A DNA stretch of 64,000 bases from an uncultured Phycisphaerales bacterium (GCA_963772725.1 CAVYYI010000001.1:1216001-1280000), one strand, 5' to 3'. Shown: positions 11,039 through 22,074, counted from the stretch's first letter. Notes: generated by a model from the sequence alone, not told the origin. Program-made: numbers and translations.

Positions 11039-12301
11039 TAAAGAACCCTGTAAGGTTTAACGCTCCTGTCAATCACAGTTTCGGTCTGCGATACAGGCGG
11101 AGACATCGCATCTCCCGCGGCTTCGGCAGTACCGACGACAGTAAAAATATCTGAGCGCGTCGTTATATATTTTGCTATTTTCTTAAAAGTATCAATCTTC
11201 ATACCGCTTACTTTCAATAGTTCCGCGACGCTCTGCATACCATAGGCCAAAGACTCCCTGTATGTGATAATATCATCGGCGGATTTTTCGGCATCCTGCC
11301 CGCCGCCAAGCAGTGCCGCCAAAACAACTTTGGAAGCTGTATTGACATTCACCCTGCCTATAACCCTGCTTTGAGTGCTGACGGTAATTTTGTCCGCGAT
11401 ATTGGAAAATGTTTCGATGTCCAGCGGCTCGGCGTTATTGGAATCAGATTTCGAATCCTTATTCGCGTTTTTCGGAGAATTGTTATTTATCAAAATCGGA
11501 GATGCTCGTATATTTTTTCGAGCCTCGATTTTGAACAATCCATTTCGCCTGCGATTTTTTTATATTCAGCGAGCGACGAAGAGCGTTTTCATCGGCACTA
11601 TTAATATTTGTTCTTCTTTGACCATCCGCATCCCTGTTCCTATCGTAAGAATAGCACGTCAAATATTCAATCCAGCCTTTATTTATTGTGCCGTATCTTA
11701 TATCGTTGAGACGGGCGGCGGTATCGCGTCTAATCAGCGGAACGTTTCTATTTCCGTAAAACAGCTCATTGGTAACATCTTTAACCAGCAATAATTCCCG
11801 AATTGTTCTGAATGGGCCGTTACGAATCGTATAACCATATCGCAGATTCCTGTAATAACCGCTTTCGACGCCGGCCTGTGAGGGGGTATCATCGGCGTCA
11901 CGCCAGTCAATTATGGCCTCGGCAATTTCTTCAGTCATCTCCGGAAGCGCCAAAAGCTGGTCTTTCGTAACAGTATTTATATGAAGTTTCGAGGCTTCAT
12001 CAAAAACACGCACATCAAATTTACACCCTTCCAGTTTTATATCGTTGAAATCTATGTCATTTTCACTCCACAAATCCTTAAGACTGTCGCTTTGCTTTAA
12101 ATCATCATTCAGGACGGCATCGGCGGTTTCAATACCAGCCCGGCATGCCCATTTGAGCCTTAAACCATCGACAGCCGCTATACAGATTTTGGTATCAAGC
12201 CTGCTGCTCCACGATACAGAGGCTACTATCACTGTGAGGATTATTACCACCCACAGGACAGTTACCAAAACAAGAGCTTTTCTGCTTTTAGCGATTTTCA
12301 T
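11014..12301 (-). CDS. gspK: T2SS minor pseudopilin GspK (one frameshift near 11500)
   Basis: KALVLVTVLWVV, DEASKLHINT, AIIDWRDAD, ELLLVK; second fragment GRVNVNTAS and ITTRSDIF. Confidence 0.9.
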
Positions 12302-13040
12302 TGCTGGTTCCCCCCTGCTCACTTTCTGACGCGGCCTGTTCGGACTCGGACTGCTGCTCTTCTTCTTCAAAAGCGCCGGTATTTTTACCTTTGCACCGGA
12401 CAAAATTTACGAGAAGGGATTCTACCGCCATATCGCGTCTGTTCGGCAGTCTCACCGCAATGGTTACTTCGGCAAGTTCCGGAATAGAGTTGAAATCCTC
12501 AGGCCATTCTGTCGCCCATTGTTTGCCGTCAAAATATCTTATATCGAATGTGTTGATATCGTCAGCTATGGTGGTCAAGACACCGTGAGTCGCTGAATCG
12601 GCGTTGACTTTGTCGGGATTAGGCCAGATTCGCCTTGTGAGGATTTTTTTGTTCTCATTATTCAAAAGCCGATACTCAACCTCATAGACGTCATTTTCCG
12701 GCTGCTCGGCACGGGCTTTGACGTGACTTACAGCGTAGAAAGTCATGCTGCTTAAGCCGCCGAGTTCCGATGCCCCAACCATCCCGACAAATTTGCCATA
12801 CGCCGGGTTGCGGTCGCGATACAGATTGCCGAGGTCGGCAGCTATCATTTTAGCGGCAAATCTTACATCTGAGGCAACATCGATATTTTGTTCGACCTTT
12901 TCGGCACTGGCAGAAATAGCCTTTAACGAACCGAGTATAACGACGGCAATGAATAAGCCTATGACCGAGGCGATTATCATCTCGATTAATGTAAAGCCGC
13001 GAGGCTTGCTGCGAACAAATTTTTCTGCCAAAACTTTCAT
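12288..13040 (-). CDS. gspJ: T2SS minor pseudopilin GspJ
   Basis: RGFTLIEMII; C-terminal IRYFDGKQWATEW..IPELAEVTI; gene order. Confidence 0.85.
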   Translation of the reverse strand: MKVLAEKFVRSKPRGFTLIEMIIASVIGLFIAVVILGSLKAISASAEKVEQNIDVASDVRFAAKMIAADLGNLYRDRNPAYGKFVGMVGASELGGLSSMTFYAVSHVKARAEQPENDVYEVEYRLLNNENKKILTRRIWPNPDKVNADSATHGVLTTIADDINTFDIRYFDGKQWATEWPEDFNSIPELAEVTIAVRLPNRRDMAVESLLVNFVRCKGKNTGAFEEEEQQSESEQAASESEQGGTSNENR

Positions 13041-13450
13041 TGCACCTGTGATTCTGTTTGTGTCAAATTGCCCGTTCCGTTGTATCGAGTATCAACTTCG
13101 ATACTGTAAGTTTTGCCGCTGTTAACCCAGCTCACGATTAAACTCAGCTCGTAAAGATTGTTGAGAGCGAGCGATTCTGTTGTAACCTGCCAGTGATAGC
13201 CCTGCTCATATTCCTCAAAATCACCTTCGGTCATCTGCATATCGATAAAATCTTCTACGCCGATATAGTCGATGATTGCGAGCTGCTTATCGGCGAGGCG
13301 GCAGGCCGTTTCGTATTGCCTGTTAAGTTTCGTGGCGGTAAGTGTGCGTGTGCTGAGCGCACCTATGGCCAAAACCGAGCCGCATAGTATCACGCTCGCT
13401 ATAACAGCCTCAACAAGAGTGAAGCCTTTTTTGTCTTTTCTTTTCAACAC
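13037..13450 (-). CDS. gspI: T2SS minor pseudopilin GspI-like
   Basis: KGFTLVEAVI, short length, gene order. Confidence 0.78.
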   Translation of the reverse strand: MLKRKDKKGFTLVEAVIASVILCGSVLAIGALSTRTLTATKLNRQYETACRLADKQLAIIDYIGVEDFIDMQMTEGDFEEYEQGYHWQVTTESLALNNLYELSLIVSWVNSGKTYSIEVDTRYNGTGNLTQTESQVQ

Positions 13451-13452
13451 CC

Positions 13453-14022
13453 TTATTCCTCATCCAAATCAATCGTATCGCTTTGAAGATTAACGGCGGC
13501 AGCATCATAAAGCCTTGACTTACCCGTCGCGGCGGAGATGCTGACGGTATAATGATTTCTGGTATCCCCAATCTGAATTACCGCGGACTGGCTGCTCCCG
13601 GAGGATGAAAATGTTATCTCTCTCTGCTCATCTTCAGCAGAAAAATCTTCCATATTTTCGGATTTAATTTGAACACCCTCAAATTTCACATCGCCGGCAA
13701 ATTTTATTGGCTTGAAATACGCGTCTCTGACAGGCACAGCGACTGTATCGCCGATGCTTTCATCATATTTCTCCATACTCAGTGAAATTGTGCAATTCTC
13801 AATATCCAGGTTCAAATAGCACGTGGTTTTCCTTTCTACCGCGAGAGTCCTGGCATATTTTGCGGCACGCATAAAATCCATCGCCGACTTTTTAACAAGC
13901 AGCCTTTTATATGTGCCGAGATAGACTCCGCCGCTTGCGCTGATTACCAGTACAATAAGTGTTACCACCACAAGCATCTCAATAAGGGTAAAAGCTTTTC
14001 TAATTTGCCGTTCGCTATTCAT
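13453..14022 (-). CDS. gspH: T2SS minor pseudopilin GspH/FimT-like
   Basis: KAFTLIEMLVV, AKYARTLAV, ITFSSSG; gene order. Confidence 0.8.
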   Translation of the reverse strand: MNSERQIRKAFTLIEMLVVVTLIVLVISASGGVYLGTYKRLLVKKSAMDFMRAAKYARTLAVERKTTCYLNLDIENCTISLSMEKYDESIGDTVAVPVRDAYFKPIKFAGDVKFEGVQIKSENMEDFSAEDEQREITFSSSGSSQSAVIQIGDTRNHYTVSISAATGKSRLYDAAAVNLQSDTIDLDEE

Positions 14023-14054
14023 AGTTCGTTAGATATTCTTATTTCTTCTTTGCC

Positions 14055-14486
14055 CTACTCATTATATATATCCGCGTTGTCGCCTTCTCCGCTTTCCCTG
14101 CTGTCGGCGCCAAAACTTATCAAATCGAAACTGCCAGGATTTTTTTCGCCCTGTGCGATGTACTGGTAAGGATTGCCCCACGGGTCAAGCAGTTCACTGC
14201 GTTTGAGATAAGGCCCGTTCCATTTGCCTTCCGGTAAATCCGCAGGCGGCGTAATCAGTGCCTCGAGGCCTTCATCATCAGTTGGGTATCTTCCGCAGTC
14301 GATATAAAACCTGCCCACGGCGCTTTCGATATTGGTCATCTTGGCTTTTGCGATATCGCTCTTGGCCTTGCCGAGTCCTTTGAAAATTCTCGGCGCAAGA
14401 ACAGTCGCAATCATCGATATAATGAGAATCACCACAAGCACTTCAACAAGCGTGAATGCCCTGCCATTTTTTCTTATCCGTTTCAT
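14055..14486 (-). CDS. gspG: T2SS major pseudopilin GspG
   Basis: AFTLVEVL, GRYPTDDEGLEALI, WNGPYL, DPWGNPYQY, SFGAD; AAGGAG RBS before ATG 14486. Confidence 0.95.
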   Translation of the reverse strand: MKRIRKNGRAFTLVEVLVVILIISMIATVLAPRIFKGLGKAKSDIAKAKMTNIESAVGRFYIDCGRYPTDDEGLEALITPPADLPEGKWNGPYLKRSELLDPWGNPYQYIAQGEKNPGSFDLISFGADSRESGEGDNADIYNE

Positions 14487-14513
14487 TCGAACTCCTTTCA
14501 TAAAAAGCGTCAT

Positions 14514-15773
14514 TTAAATCACTCCTGAGCCAAGACCCATTTTAACAATGGGCAGCAGAACGGCTATAATTATAAAACCTATTACTACACCGAGCAGCAA
14601 AATTAAAAACGCTGGGAAAATCGCGATGAACCTGTTTATCGCCGCATCGGCCTCGGAATCGAATGTTTCGGCGGCGTTGAGCAGAAGTTCATCGAGCTTT
14701 CCCGTCTGCTCGCCTATTGAAACAATCTGCACGAGTAAAGGTGGAAACTGTCCCGAAGCATTCAGCGGTTCGGCAAGCGGTGTGCCGGTCTTTACTTTTT
14801 CGGCGACATTATCAATCTCGCTGCCGAGTAGTTCATTGCCGAGCGTGTTGCGGACTATGCTGAGCGATTCGAGTATCGGTACGCCGCCTTTCGTTAGTGA
14901 GCCGAGCGTCCTGGCGAATCTGCCCACCGCGATAGTCTGCAGAACCGAACCGAGAACCGGTACTTTCAGCTTAAAAGTATCCCATTGCATTCTGCCGGCA
15001 TCTCTTATCCAGGTGATAAAATAATATGATGCCGCGCCAACAATAATCAGAAACAGCAGGCCATATCTTTTTAACATGTCGCTAATCGCCAGCAGGAATC
15101 TTGTAGGCCAGGGCAGAACCGCGACGCCGCCGCTGATTGTTGCGAGGATATTCGGCAGTACCCAGTTAATTATTATAATTACCGATGCTATCCCAACACA
15201 AAGAACAAAGATGGGATATGCCGAGGCGTTTTTCATGTTCGTTTTTATTTTTTCATCTCTGGTTAGTATATTAACCAGTTGCGCCGTGGTCTGTTCGAGA
15301 ATACCGCCTGTTTCGCCCACTCTGACCATCGAAATATACAAAGGGCTGAACTTAAATGAGCCTGTGTTCTTACAGCCCTCCATCGCATCGGAAAGCGATT
15401 GCCCCTGGCTAACGGACTGGACAAGCTCATTGAGCATATTTCTCATCGCGGGTTTGTTCTGCTGGTCGTGAATAATTTTCAATGCGCCAAGCAGCGGCAG
15501 TCCCGCCTTTAAAGCGGTGCTGAGCTGGTTGGTCATCGCCAGGATTTCTCTGCCGGTTATTCTCTGCGAACTGATTTTCGCCAGTTTAAAGGCTTTCAAG
15601 CCCGCCTGAGCGATACCGCTTTCGGCAAAACCGGCCGTCTTTTCACTTAGCTCGGTTACAAACTCGCCCTTTTGCGAGAGGATTGTCACAGCGGCTTTGC
15701 GGTCGCCTGCATCTACCGTGCCGCTGATATGCGAACCCGACCGGTCAACAGCTTTGTATATGAACTGTCCCAA
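14514..15773 (-). CDS. gspF: T2SS inner membrane platform GspF/PilC
   Basis: MVRVGETGGIL and IGEQTGKLDELL duplicated motifs, three TMs. Confidence 0.93.
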   Translation of the reverse strand: MGQFIYKAVDRSGSHISGTVDAGDRKAAVTILSQKGEFVTELSEKTAGFAESGIAQAGLKAFKLAKISSQRITGREILAMTNQLSTALKAGLPLLGALKIIHDQQNKPAMRNMLNELVQSVSQGQSLSDAMEGCKNTGSFKFSPLYISMVRVGETGGILEQTTAQLVNILTRDEKIKTNMKNASAYPIFVLCVGIASVIIIINWVLPNILATISGGVAVLPWPTRFLLAISDMLKRYGLLFLIIVGAASYYFITWIRDAGRMQWDTFKLKVPVLGSVLQTIAVGRFARTLGSLTKGGVPILESLSIVRNTLGNELLGSEIDNVAEKVKTGTPLAEPLNASGQFPPLLVQIVSIGEQTGKLDELLLNAAETFDSEADAAINRFIAIFPAFLILLLGVVIGFIIIAVLLPIVKMGLGSGVI

Positions 15774-15786
15774 AATAGCTTACCCT

Positions 15787-17496
15787 TTACTCTTCATCCG
15801 TTACTCCCTGTGTAACTCTCAGCACCTCTTCAGGAGTCGTAACGCCATCCATAACTTTATTAACACCATCATGCCGCATACTGACATGGTCTTTCGGCGC
15901 GGCTTTAATTATCTGCTCCGTGGTCGGCCTTTGCGCAATCAGCTCACGCAGCGGCTCAGTTATTCTAAGCAGCTCATATATACCAGTTCTGCCTTTCATA
16001 CCGGTCTGCGTACACTCATCACAGCCGCAGCCATGATAAAGCTTTGGAGTACGATTAGATTTTAAGGTTCCATTAAGAGCCTTAAGCAGATGCTCATCGG
16101 GTTTATAAATCTCCTTGCAGTTAGGGCAAATCCTGCGAACCAGTCTCTGAGCCAGCACTGCGTCAAGCGAACTTGCCAAAAGGAACGGCTCAACGCCCAT
16201 ATCAATCAGCCTTGTAACTGCGCCGGGTGCATCGTTGGTGTGCAGTGTCGAGAAAACAAGATGGCCTGTCAGTGCCGCGCGAATCGCTATTTCAGCGGTC
16301 TCTTTATCGCGAATCTCGCCGACCATTATGATATCGGGGTCCTGCCTGAGGATATGCCGCAAACCCGTGGCAAAAGTCAGGCCTCTTTTGGGATTAACCG
16401 GCATCTGGATAATACCGTTAAGCTGGTATTCCACGGGGTCTTCGATAGTTATTATTTTAAGAGACGGCGTATAAATCCTGTTAAGGGCTGCGTAAAGAGT
16501 CGTCGTTTTACCGCTGCCGGTAGGCCCTGTAACAAGTACAATTCCATGTGCCTTGTGAAGCGCCTGGTTAAAACCCTTGAGACACATCGCGTTCATCCCA
16601 AGCTCGTCAAGTCCTATCAGCGATGCGGAGCGGTCGAGAATTCTCATTGTAATCGATTCGCCGTATATCGTCGGTACTGTAGAGACACGAATATCGACTT
16701 TGCCGTCCCTGCCGGTGAACTCAATATGGCCGTCCTGCGGTACAAACCGCTCAGCGATATTCATATTGCCCATAATCTTGATTCGTGAAACTATCGCTGC
16801 CTGGAGCCGCTTAGATGAGGGGGTTTTTTCGACAAGTAAACCGTCAATACGATATTTGATTTTAACCTCACCCGCGAAAGGCTCAATATGCACATCGCTT
16901 GCTCGGGATTCAATGGCCTCAAAAATAATGAGATTGACAAGGTTAACCAGTGATGGCTCCCGGGCTAATTCATGGAGTTTGGCCGCGGAATAGTCGCCGT
17001 TTTCAGCCTCATCCTTGGTCTGCAGTTCGGCAGGAGCGAGGTTGTCCATCATTCTGGCGACATTACTGCCGTAAAATTTCAGAATAGCCTTTTCCATATC
17101 GGCAGGCTCGGCATAATACCGCTGCAAGAGACAGCCGGTAACAAGGCGGATATCTTCCACTGCCTGAAGTTCAAAAGGCTGGGTCATCGCGACGGCAAGG
17201 CGGCCGTCTTCATATTGCAGGGGAAGAATATTGTATTTGCTGACCATCTCCGCGGGGACAAGGCTGAGTATTTCGGAAGTGACTACGACATCGGCCAGGT
17301 CAACTTTTATAATGCCGACCTGAAACGCAAGTGCTTCATTTAACTGATGTTGCGTTATATAACCAAGCTTAAGCAGCACCTGGCCGAGGGGCAAATGTTC
17401 AGTTTTTTCCTGCTCAACAAGGGCAAGTTCGAGGCCGGCCTGGTCAAGGTACGACCGCTCGCAGAGAAGTTCTCCTAATTTCTTCCTCGAAGACAT
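15787..17496 (-). CDS. gspE: T2SS assembly ATPase GspE/PilB
   Basis: ASDVHIEP, Walker A GPTGSGKTTT, IEDPVEY, LRQDPD, tetra-Cys motif. Confidence 0.95.
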   Translation of the reverse strand: MSSRKKLGELLCERSYLDQAGLELALVEQEKTEHLPLGQVLLKLGYITQHQLNEALAFQVGIIKVDLADVVVTSEILSLVPAEMVSKYNILPLQYEDGRLAVAMTQPFELQAVEDIRLVTGCLLQRYYAEPADMEKAILKFYGSNVARMMDNLAPAELQTKDEAENGDYSAAKLHELAREPSLVNLVNLIIFEAIESRASDVHIEPFAGEVKIKYRIDGLLVEKTPSSKRLQAAIVSRIKIMGNMNIAERFVPQDGHIEFTGRDGKVDIRVSTVPTIYGESITMRILDRSASLIGLDELGMNAMCLKGFNQALHKAHGIVLVTGPTGSGKTTTLYAALNRIYTPSLKIITIEDPVEYQLNGIIQMPVNPKRGLTFATGLRHILRQDPDIIMVGEIRDKETAEIAIRAALTGHLVFSTLHTNDAPGAVTRLIDMGVEPFLLASSLDAVLAQRLVRRICPNCKEIYKPDEHLLKALNGTLKSNRTPKLYHGCGCDECTQTGMKGRTGIYELLRITEPLRELIAQRPTTEQIIKAAPKDHVSMRHDGVNKVMDGVTTPEEVLRVTQGVTDEE

Positions 17497-18005
17497 AAAA
17501 AAACCTGCCTTTATACTCAATTTTTATTCAATAAACAGTGCTCTAATTATATACAAATAAAGAACTTATGTCAAGAAACATAATGCTTCCATAAACTATC
17601 GGAAAGCTCTAAGTAAAAGTAATCTATACACTTATAGACGCTTTTCAAAAGTATTTTATTACAAAAAATTTTGACTTTTTGATTATTTTTGCAGATTTTT
17701 TTGTTAATTTAGGTAAAATTTCTTATCTCCTATCGCTTGGCGGCAGATGCTCGATGCCCATTTTTTAGTCAATGGCGAGGGATTCAAAGTAAGCAAAAAA
17801 TTAATCATTTTTGGGAATAATCACTACAATCGTCACAGCTTACCTAAATTACGCCCAAAATATGAGTGTTTTTCTACGGTTTTCTATAACTTTTGAATGT
17901 TTTTGAGCAAAAATGACCTGCTTTTGAGCAAAAATTGGCAAAATTAATTCAACAACTTTATATAGCACAAGTCAAAAAAGTTAAAATGGGAAAGATTTTT
18001 GAAGA

Positions 18006-18546
18006 AGCCAAGAGCCAGAAGCCGGTAGCCAGAATGGCAAGGAAAGTTTGCAGTTCGTGGTTCATAGTTGAAAGTACAGCGTGGAGCGTACGGCGTATAG
18101 CGTACCGAAAGGAAGAAAATAGCGTACAGCGGGGAGCGGGGAGGAATTGGGGTGCAAACAAGACCCAAGACACCAGACACAAGAGGAAGATGAAACAGGT
18201 ATTGCGTATTGCGTCGTGCGTATTGCGGATGGAAAATTCGAAGCTTGAAGTACGAAATCCGGAATAAATCTCAAATAATGAAACTCGAAATTTAAAACAA
18301 AAAGACTGGCGAAGAAGACGATTTTGGATTTATTTTAACCACGAATTGCCACGAATGAACACTAAAAAGCACGGAGAATTTTTTGGACAGGATTTACGGG
18401 ATTTAACTGGATATTTTTTTAGACACGGATTTCACGGTATTTGTCCGGCTTGCGTTCGGCGGCAAGGTCTTTTTCTATAATAATTATATAGCCACAGAGA
18501 GCACAGATTTCACAGAAGGAAGAAATATTAAATCCGCCAGAGGCGG
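18006..18546. repeat. Stack of short imperfect tandem repeats with 7-nt and 9-10-nt periods
   Basis: AGCCAAG AGCCAGA AGCCGGT AGCCAGA; AGCGTGG AGCGTAC GGCGTAT AGCGTAC; AAGACCC AAGACAC CAGACAC; TATTGCG TATTGCG TCGTGCG TATTGCG; ACAGGATTT ACGGGATTT; CACAGAGAG CACAGATTT CACAGAAG. Confidence 0.85.
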
Positions 18547-18633
18547 AGAGGAGGAATTAGTTAGGTCGTTTTATGCCGTGGCTTTTATTATCTTGCCGGG
18601 TGAATAGTTAAATGAATAGAGCTATTTTCGGAA

Positions 18634-21600
18634 TTATTTACCGCGTAAATTGTCATAATGCCTTAGAACTTTTACCGCCGGGCTGTCTGAGCTAAAAATG
18701 GTTTTATCTTTATCCTGTGCCCCGCTGAATGTAGAAAGAATATATTCGACATCCTCGCGATTTATGCCATAGAGAATGAAATAGGCTGCGTCAAGTTCAG
18801 CGATAATTTCTTCCCGTTCATCATCTTTCCACTTATGTACACCCTCTTTAAATCCTGTCGCCTCTGCCAATGGTAACATATCGTTGCTCGTGCAGGTAAG
18901 TTTCAAAACACGCTGGCTAATCCATTTTTCCAGCGTCTGTTTTTTATCCCAAGGACATTTTTCAGAATAAAAATCTGGCGGAAACATAGCAAACTGTTCT
19001 ATCAGGAAGAAATTCAAATTGACATTACCGATTTTCTGTCTGGCTACATAGTCGAGGACAAACGCATTTAAATTTGCCAAAAGGCAACTCTGAAGTCTTG
19101 GGCTTATTTTTTCACCAACACGAATAAGCGGAGCCGAATTTATCACTCCGACAATCGGAATAAACGCCGCTATCATTGTTCGCTGGTTTGTCGGACTCGT
19201 TACATTCTTAAACGCCAATAGCGCAGGCGGTATTGATTCTCCAAGTGTTTTTTCAATAACTTCCTTATCTGACCACCACCGTGGTATCACCGAAAATTCA
19301 GTGTTTTGGTGCTGTACCAAAGAAGTTTCGTCAGGCTGTCCTTGTCTGAACCAGTTTTCCTTGTTAACTATCACACCTGCGGCGCGGTGGTCGTACATCT
19401 GAATCATCTTTGCTTCGTAAAGCGGCAAAAATGTTTTTTTGCCTTTTTTCCAGATATTACCGCTAAGTTTAAAACCATCTTTTTTAAGCTCTTCAGCATA
19501 TTTGAAAAGTTCAGCATCATTGGTCTGATGAAACATTGTAAAAAATCTTATTCCCCATGGGTTTCCATTTTCTTTGCGATTGTTATCCACCAATACAGGG
19601 ACACGCTTGTAAATTGCTTTTGTAATTTCCGCATCTTCACGCGTCCGGAATATCGGGCAGGTTTGTGTATTGGGATTAAGCAGTTTAAAATCTTTTGCTG
19701 AAAGAATTATATGCCGCTTTTTGTCTTTCAATTCCTCCATTTCATGAGCAAAAAATACAAAATCAGATTTTTCAAATTTCTGTTTTGCCCCTCCGAATAA
19801 TAGCACGCAAAATTTGAACCGGCCATCGACATCGGGGAATATCTTCTTGCGGTTCTCAAAATCATAGAGACCAGCAAGTCTTTCCGATTTTGTCAATTCA
19901 CCGAAGAAATCTTTTGTTGTGTGGTCGGTCGAAATTCCTGATGGCACAAGAATTCCTACCTGCCCTGAAGGTGCAACGATATTTTTTGCGAGTTCCGCAA
20001 AGACAGCATAGGTATTTATATCGCCTTTGCCGGTTAATTCATATCGCTTGCATGTACGGATATAATTTAATGTTTTTTCTGCTGAATCTTTAACATCGAG
20101 ATGACGCTGATACAGTTCTGGTTCATCTTTTTCGAGTTTTTCTATAAGCTTTCGCCTTGTGGCAGCACTGACGGCGGCACCAATTTCCGACTTGCCGGCA
20201 GCATCGAAAAATTCACGCTCCTGTACTTTCATTCTTTCCCATGGCGGATTGCCAATAACACAATCAAAGCCGGGATTTGAGCGATTGAAAATATCAGGGA
20301 AAGTTTCCTGCCATTTCATAGCTTTTGGATGTATCTCTGCATCTTCAACCAGACTGTTGCCACATACGATGTTTTTCGACAAATCAGCAAGGGATTTGTT
20401 TTTCTGAGCGGAGCGAATCCAAAGTGCCAATTGCGTTATTTCCACCGCTTCCGGTGATAAATCCACACCAAAAAGATTATCGTGCAGGATAAAATTGGGA
20501 ATTTCTGCCAAGAACTCCGCCGTTACTTTTTGGCTATGGTGCGATATTTGTGTGATTACATCATGATACCGTTCATCCAATAAATAATACGCCTGTATCA
20601 GAAACGCACCGCTTCCGCAGGCTGGGTCAATTATCTTAATTTGCCTAAGTGCATTTAAACAATCAGTCCAAAGTTCAGCCAGTTTTTTGGTCGGCTTGCC
20701 GAATTCAGCATCTACAAGTTTTACATCATAGCGTTTTGCTATTTGGTCAAACCGCTCATCAATTACTTTGTTGATGGTGTTGTTTGTAATAAAGTCTGTA
20801 AATTCGGGCGGGGTATAGTAAATGCCAAAGCGTTTTCGCTCAGCCGATTTTTCCATTTTCGGGAGTTCAGGTTCGGGCTTTGGCTCAAAAAATCCGCTCT
20901 GTGTAATCCGTTCTATATCATTGACGCTGCGCTCGAAGAGATGGCCTAAAATATCGACATTTACCTCATCACGAAAATCATAGCTGCCGATAGTCTTGAA
21001 AAAATCAGTCCAATCATCGATAAGTTTAAGGTCGTCAATATCGGGGTCTTCCCTGAAAAGACCGCCGTTATATGGCGGTACGCCCCATTGAGGATTTCCC
21101 TTGTCGATGCTCTTAAAAAGCTTGAGGAAATTCTGCCATTTGGGGTTGGTAACCTGTTCGAATGCCGATACCTGACTCCATGCTTTATATATTGAATTTT
21201 CTGGTAAAAGGCCTCTATCCTCGCAGAACGCAACAAAGATAATGCGGTCTAAAAGTTTTTGCGAAATTTTAACGGCCTTATCCAAAGGTTTATTTAGAAT
21301 GTTTTTCAAATAAAGTATCAACTGCACGCGATTTTTGTGATATTCCTCGTAGAGTTCATTTCCAACTTCGCGTTGGCGCTGATTGGATTTTTCCAAAAGG
21401 GTTTCGGCACGAGGCCTCTGTCCCAATGTTACGGGGAGCAAGCCGCCTCTTTCAAAGATGTAATAAAATTCGCGGAAGGTTTCTTCGTTTCGCAAATCCT
21501 GAAGGGCGAAATGTTCATACGCGCGTGGTGTATTATCTCTGTGATAAAGTCTAAAGCTCACATAATTGGAGACGATTCCCCAGGGGCACTGAGGCAATTC

Positions 21601-22074
21601 ATTAAGATAATCCCAACATTGACGCACGGGTGTTCTGCCGTTAAATTTATCCCTATCGAGATTGACACTTGGCCCCTTAAGCTCGATGACAGCGGACGGA
21701 TGGCGTTTCAGCCCATGTTCAAATAAGCCGATGGCGGCATCAGCCTCGCCACCGTTGACGGAAAATTTAGGCTGGATGTTCCACTGTTTTTCATTTTCAC
21801 TGAATAACTTATATCCGAGAGCCTCGCCGAAAACCTGTGTGATAAATTCGCCTTCAAGCTCGGTTTCTTTGTGTTTTTCGAGTTTTCCGCTTGATTCCAA
21901 ATCAGCCCACTTAAGTATAATTTCGTGTGCCTTATTATAGGAGTCGCCTTCTAATCGCTTGTCGGTTGAAGCAGATTGGAGATTTCGAGGTAAAAAGAGA
22001 TTACGCCGTCGATGACTTTCACCGTATCGACTTGGGTGTGTTTCAGGAAACAAATATTTACCTTTTGGAGTCAC
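18634..22074 (-). CDS. Type IIG/IIL fused restriction-modification enzyme (Eco57I-like, N6-adenine MTase)
   Basis: N-terminal AD..VIELK nuclease-like motif, GIYYTP, motif I DPACGSGAFL, motif IV IGNPPW, C-terminal specificity region; 1146 aa. Confidence 0.9.
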   Translation of the reverse strand: MTPKGKYLFPETHPSRYGESHRRRNLFLPRNLQSASTDKRLEGDSYNKAHEIILKWADLESSGKLEKHKETELEGEFITQVFGEALGYKLFSENEKQWNIQPKFSVNGGEADAAIGLFEHGLKRHPSAVIELKGPSVNLDRDKFNGRTPVRQCWDYLNELPQCPWGIVSNYVSFRLYHRDNTPRAYEHFALQDLRNEETFREFYYIFERGGLLPVTLGQRPRAETLLEKSNQRQREVGNELYEEYHKNRVQLILYLKNILNKPLDKAVKISQKLLDRIIFVAFCEDRGLLPENSIYKAWSQVSAFEQVTNPKWQNFLKLFKSIDKGNPQWGVPPYNGGLFREDPDIDDLKLIDDWTDFFKTIGSYDFRDEVNVDILGHLFERSVNDIERITQSGFFEPKPEPELPKMEKSAERKRFGIYYTPPEFTDFITNNTINKVIDERFDQIAKRYDVKLVDAEFGKPTKKLAELWTDCLNALRQIKIIDPACGSGAFLIQAYYLLDERYHDVITQISHHSQKVTAEFLAEIPNFILHDNLFGVDLSPEAVEITQLALWIRSAQKNKSLADLSKNIVCGNSLVEDAEIHPKAMKWQETFPDIFNRSNPGFDCVIGNPPWERMKVQEREFFDAAGKSEIGAAVSAATRRKLIEKLEKDEPELYQRHLDVKDSAEKTLNYIRTCKRYELTGKGDINTYAVFAELAKNIVAPSGQVGILVPSGISTDHTTKDFFGELTKSERLAGLYDFENRKKIFPDVDGRFKFCVLLFGGAKQKFEKSDFVFFAHEMEELKDKKRHIILSAKDFKLLNPNTQTCPIFRTREDAEITKAIYKRVPVLVDNNRKENGNPWGIRFFTMFHQTNDAELFKYAEELKKDGFKLSGNIWKKGKKTFLPLYEAKMIQMYDHRAAGVIVNKENWFRQGQPDETSLVQHQNTEFSVIPRWWSDKEVIEKTLGESIPPALLAFKNVTSPTNQRTMIAAFIPIVGVINSAPLIRVGEKISPRLQSCLLANLNAFVLDYVARQKIGNVNLNFFLIEQFAMFPPDFYSEKCPWDKKQTLEKWISQRVLKLTCTSNDMLPLAEATGFKEGVHKWKDDEREEIIAELDAAYFILYGINREDVEYILSTFSGAQDKDKTIFSSDSPAVKVLRHYDNLRGK

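Noticed and set aside
5404..17343. Many plus-strand ORFs inside the gsp cluster, and similar antisense ORFs elsewhere
   Set aside because: Shadow ORFs of well-supported opposite-strand genes.
17935..18274. Short ORFs over the 18 kb repeat tracts (likewise 39908-40198)
   Set aside because: The translations are low-complexity products of 7/9-mer periodicity with no family motif.
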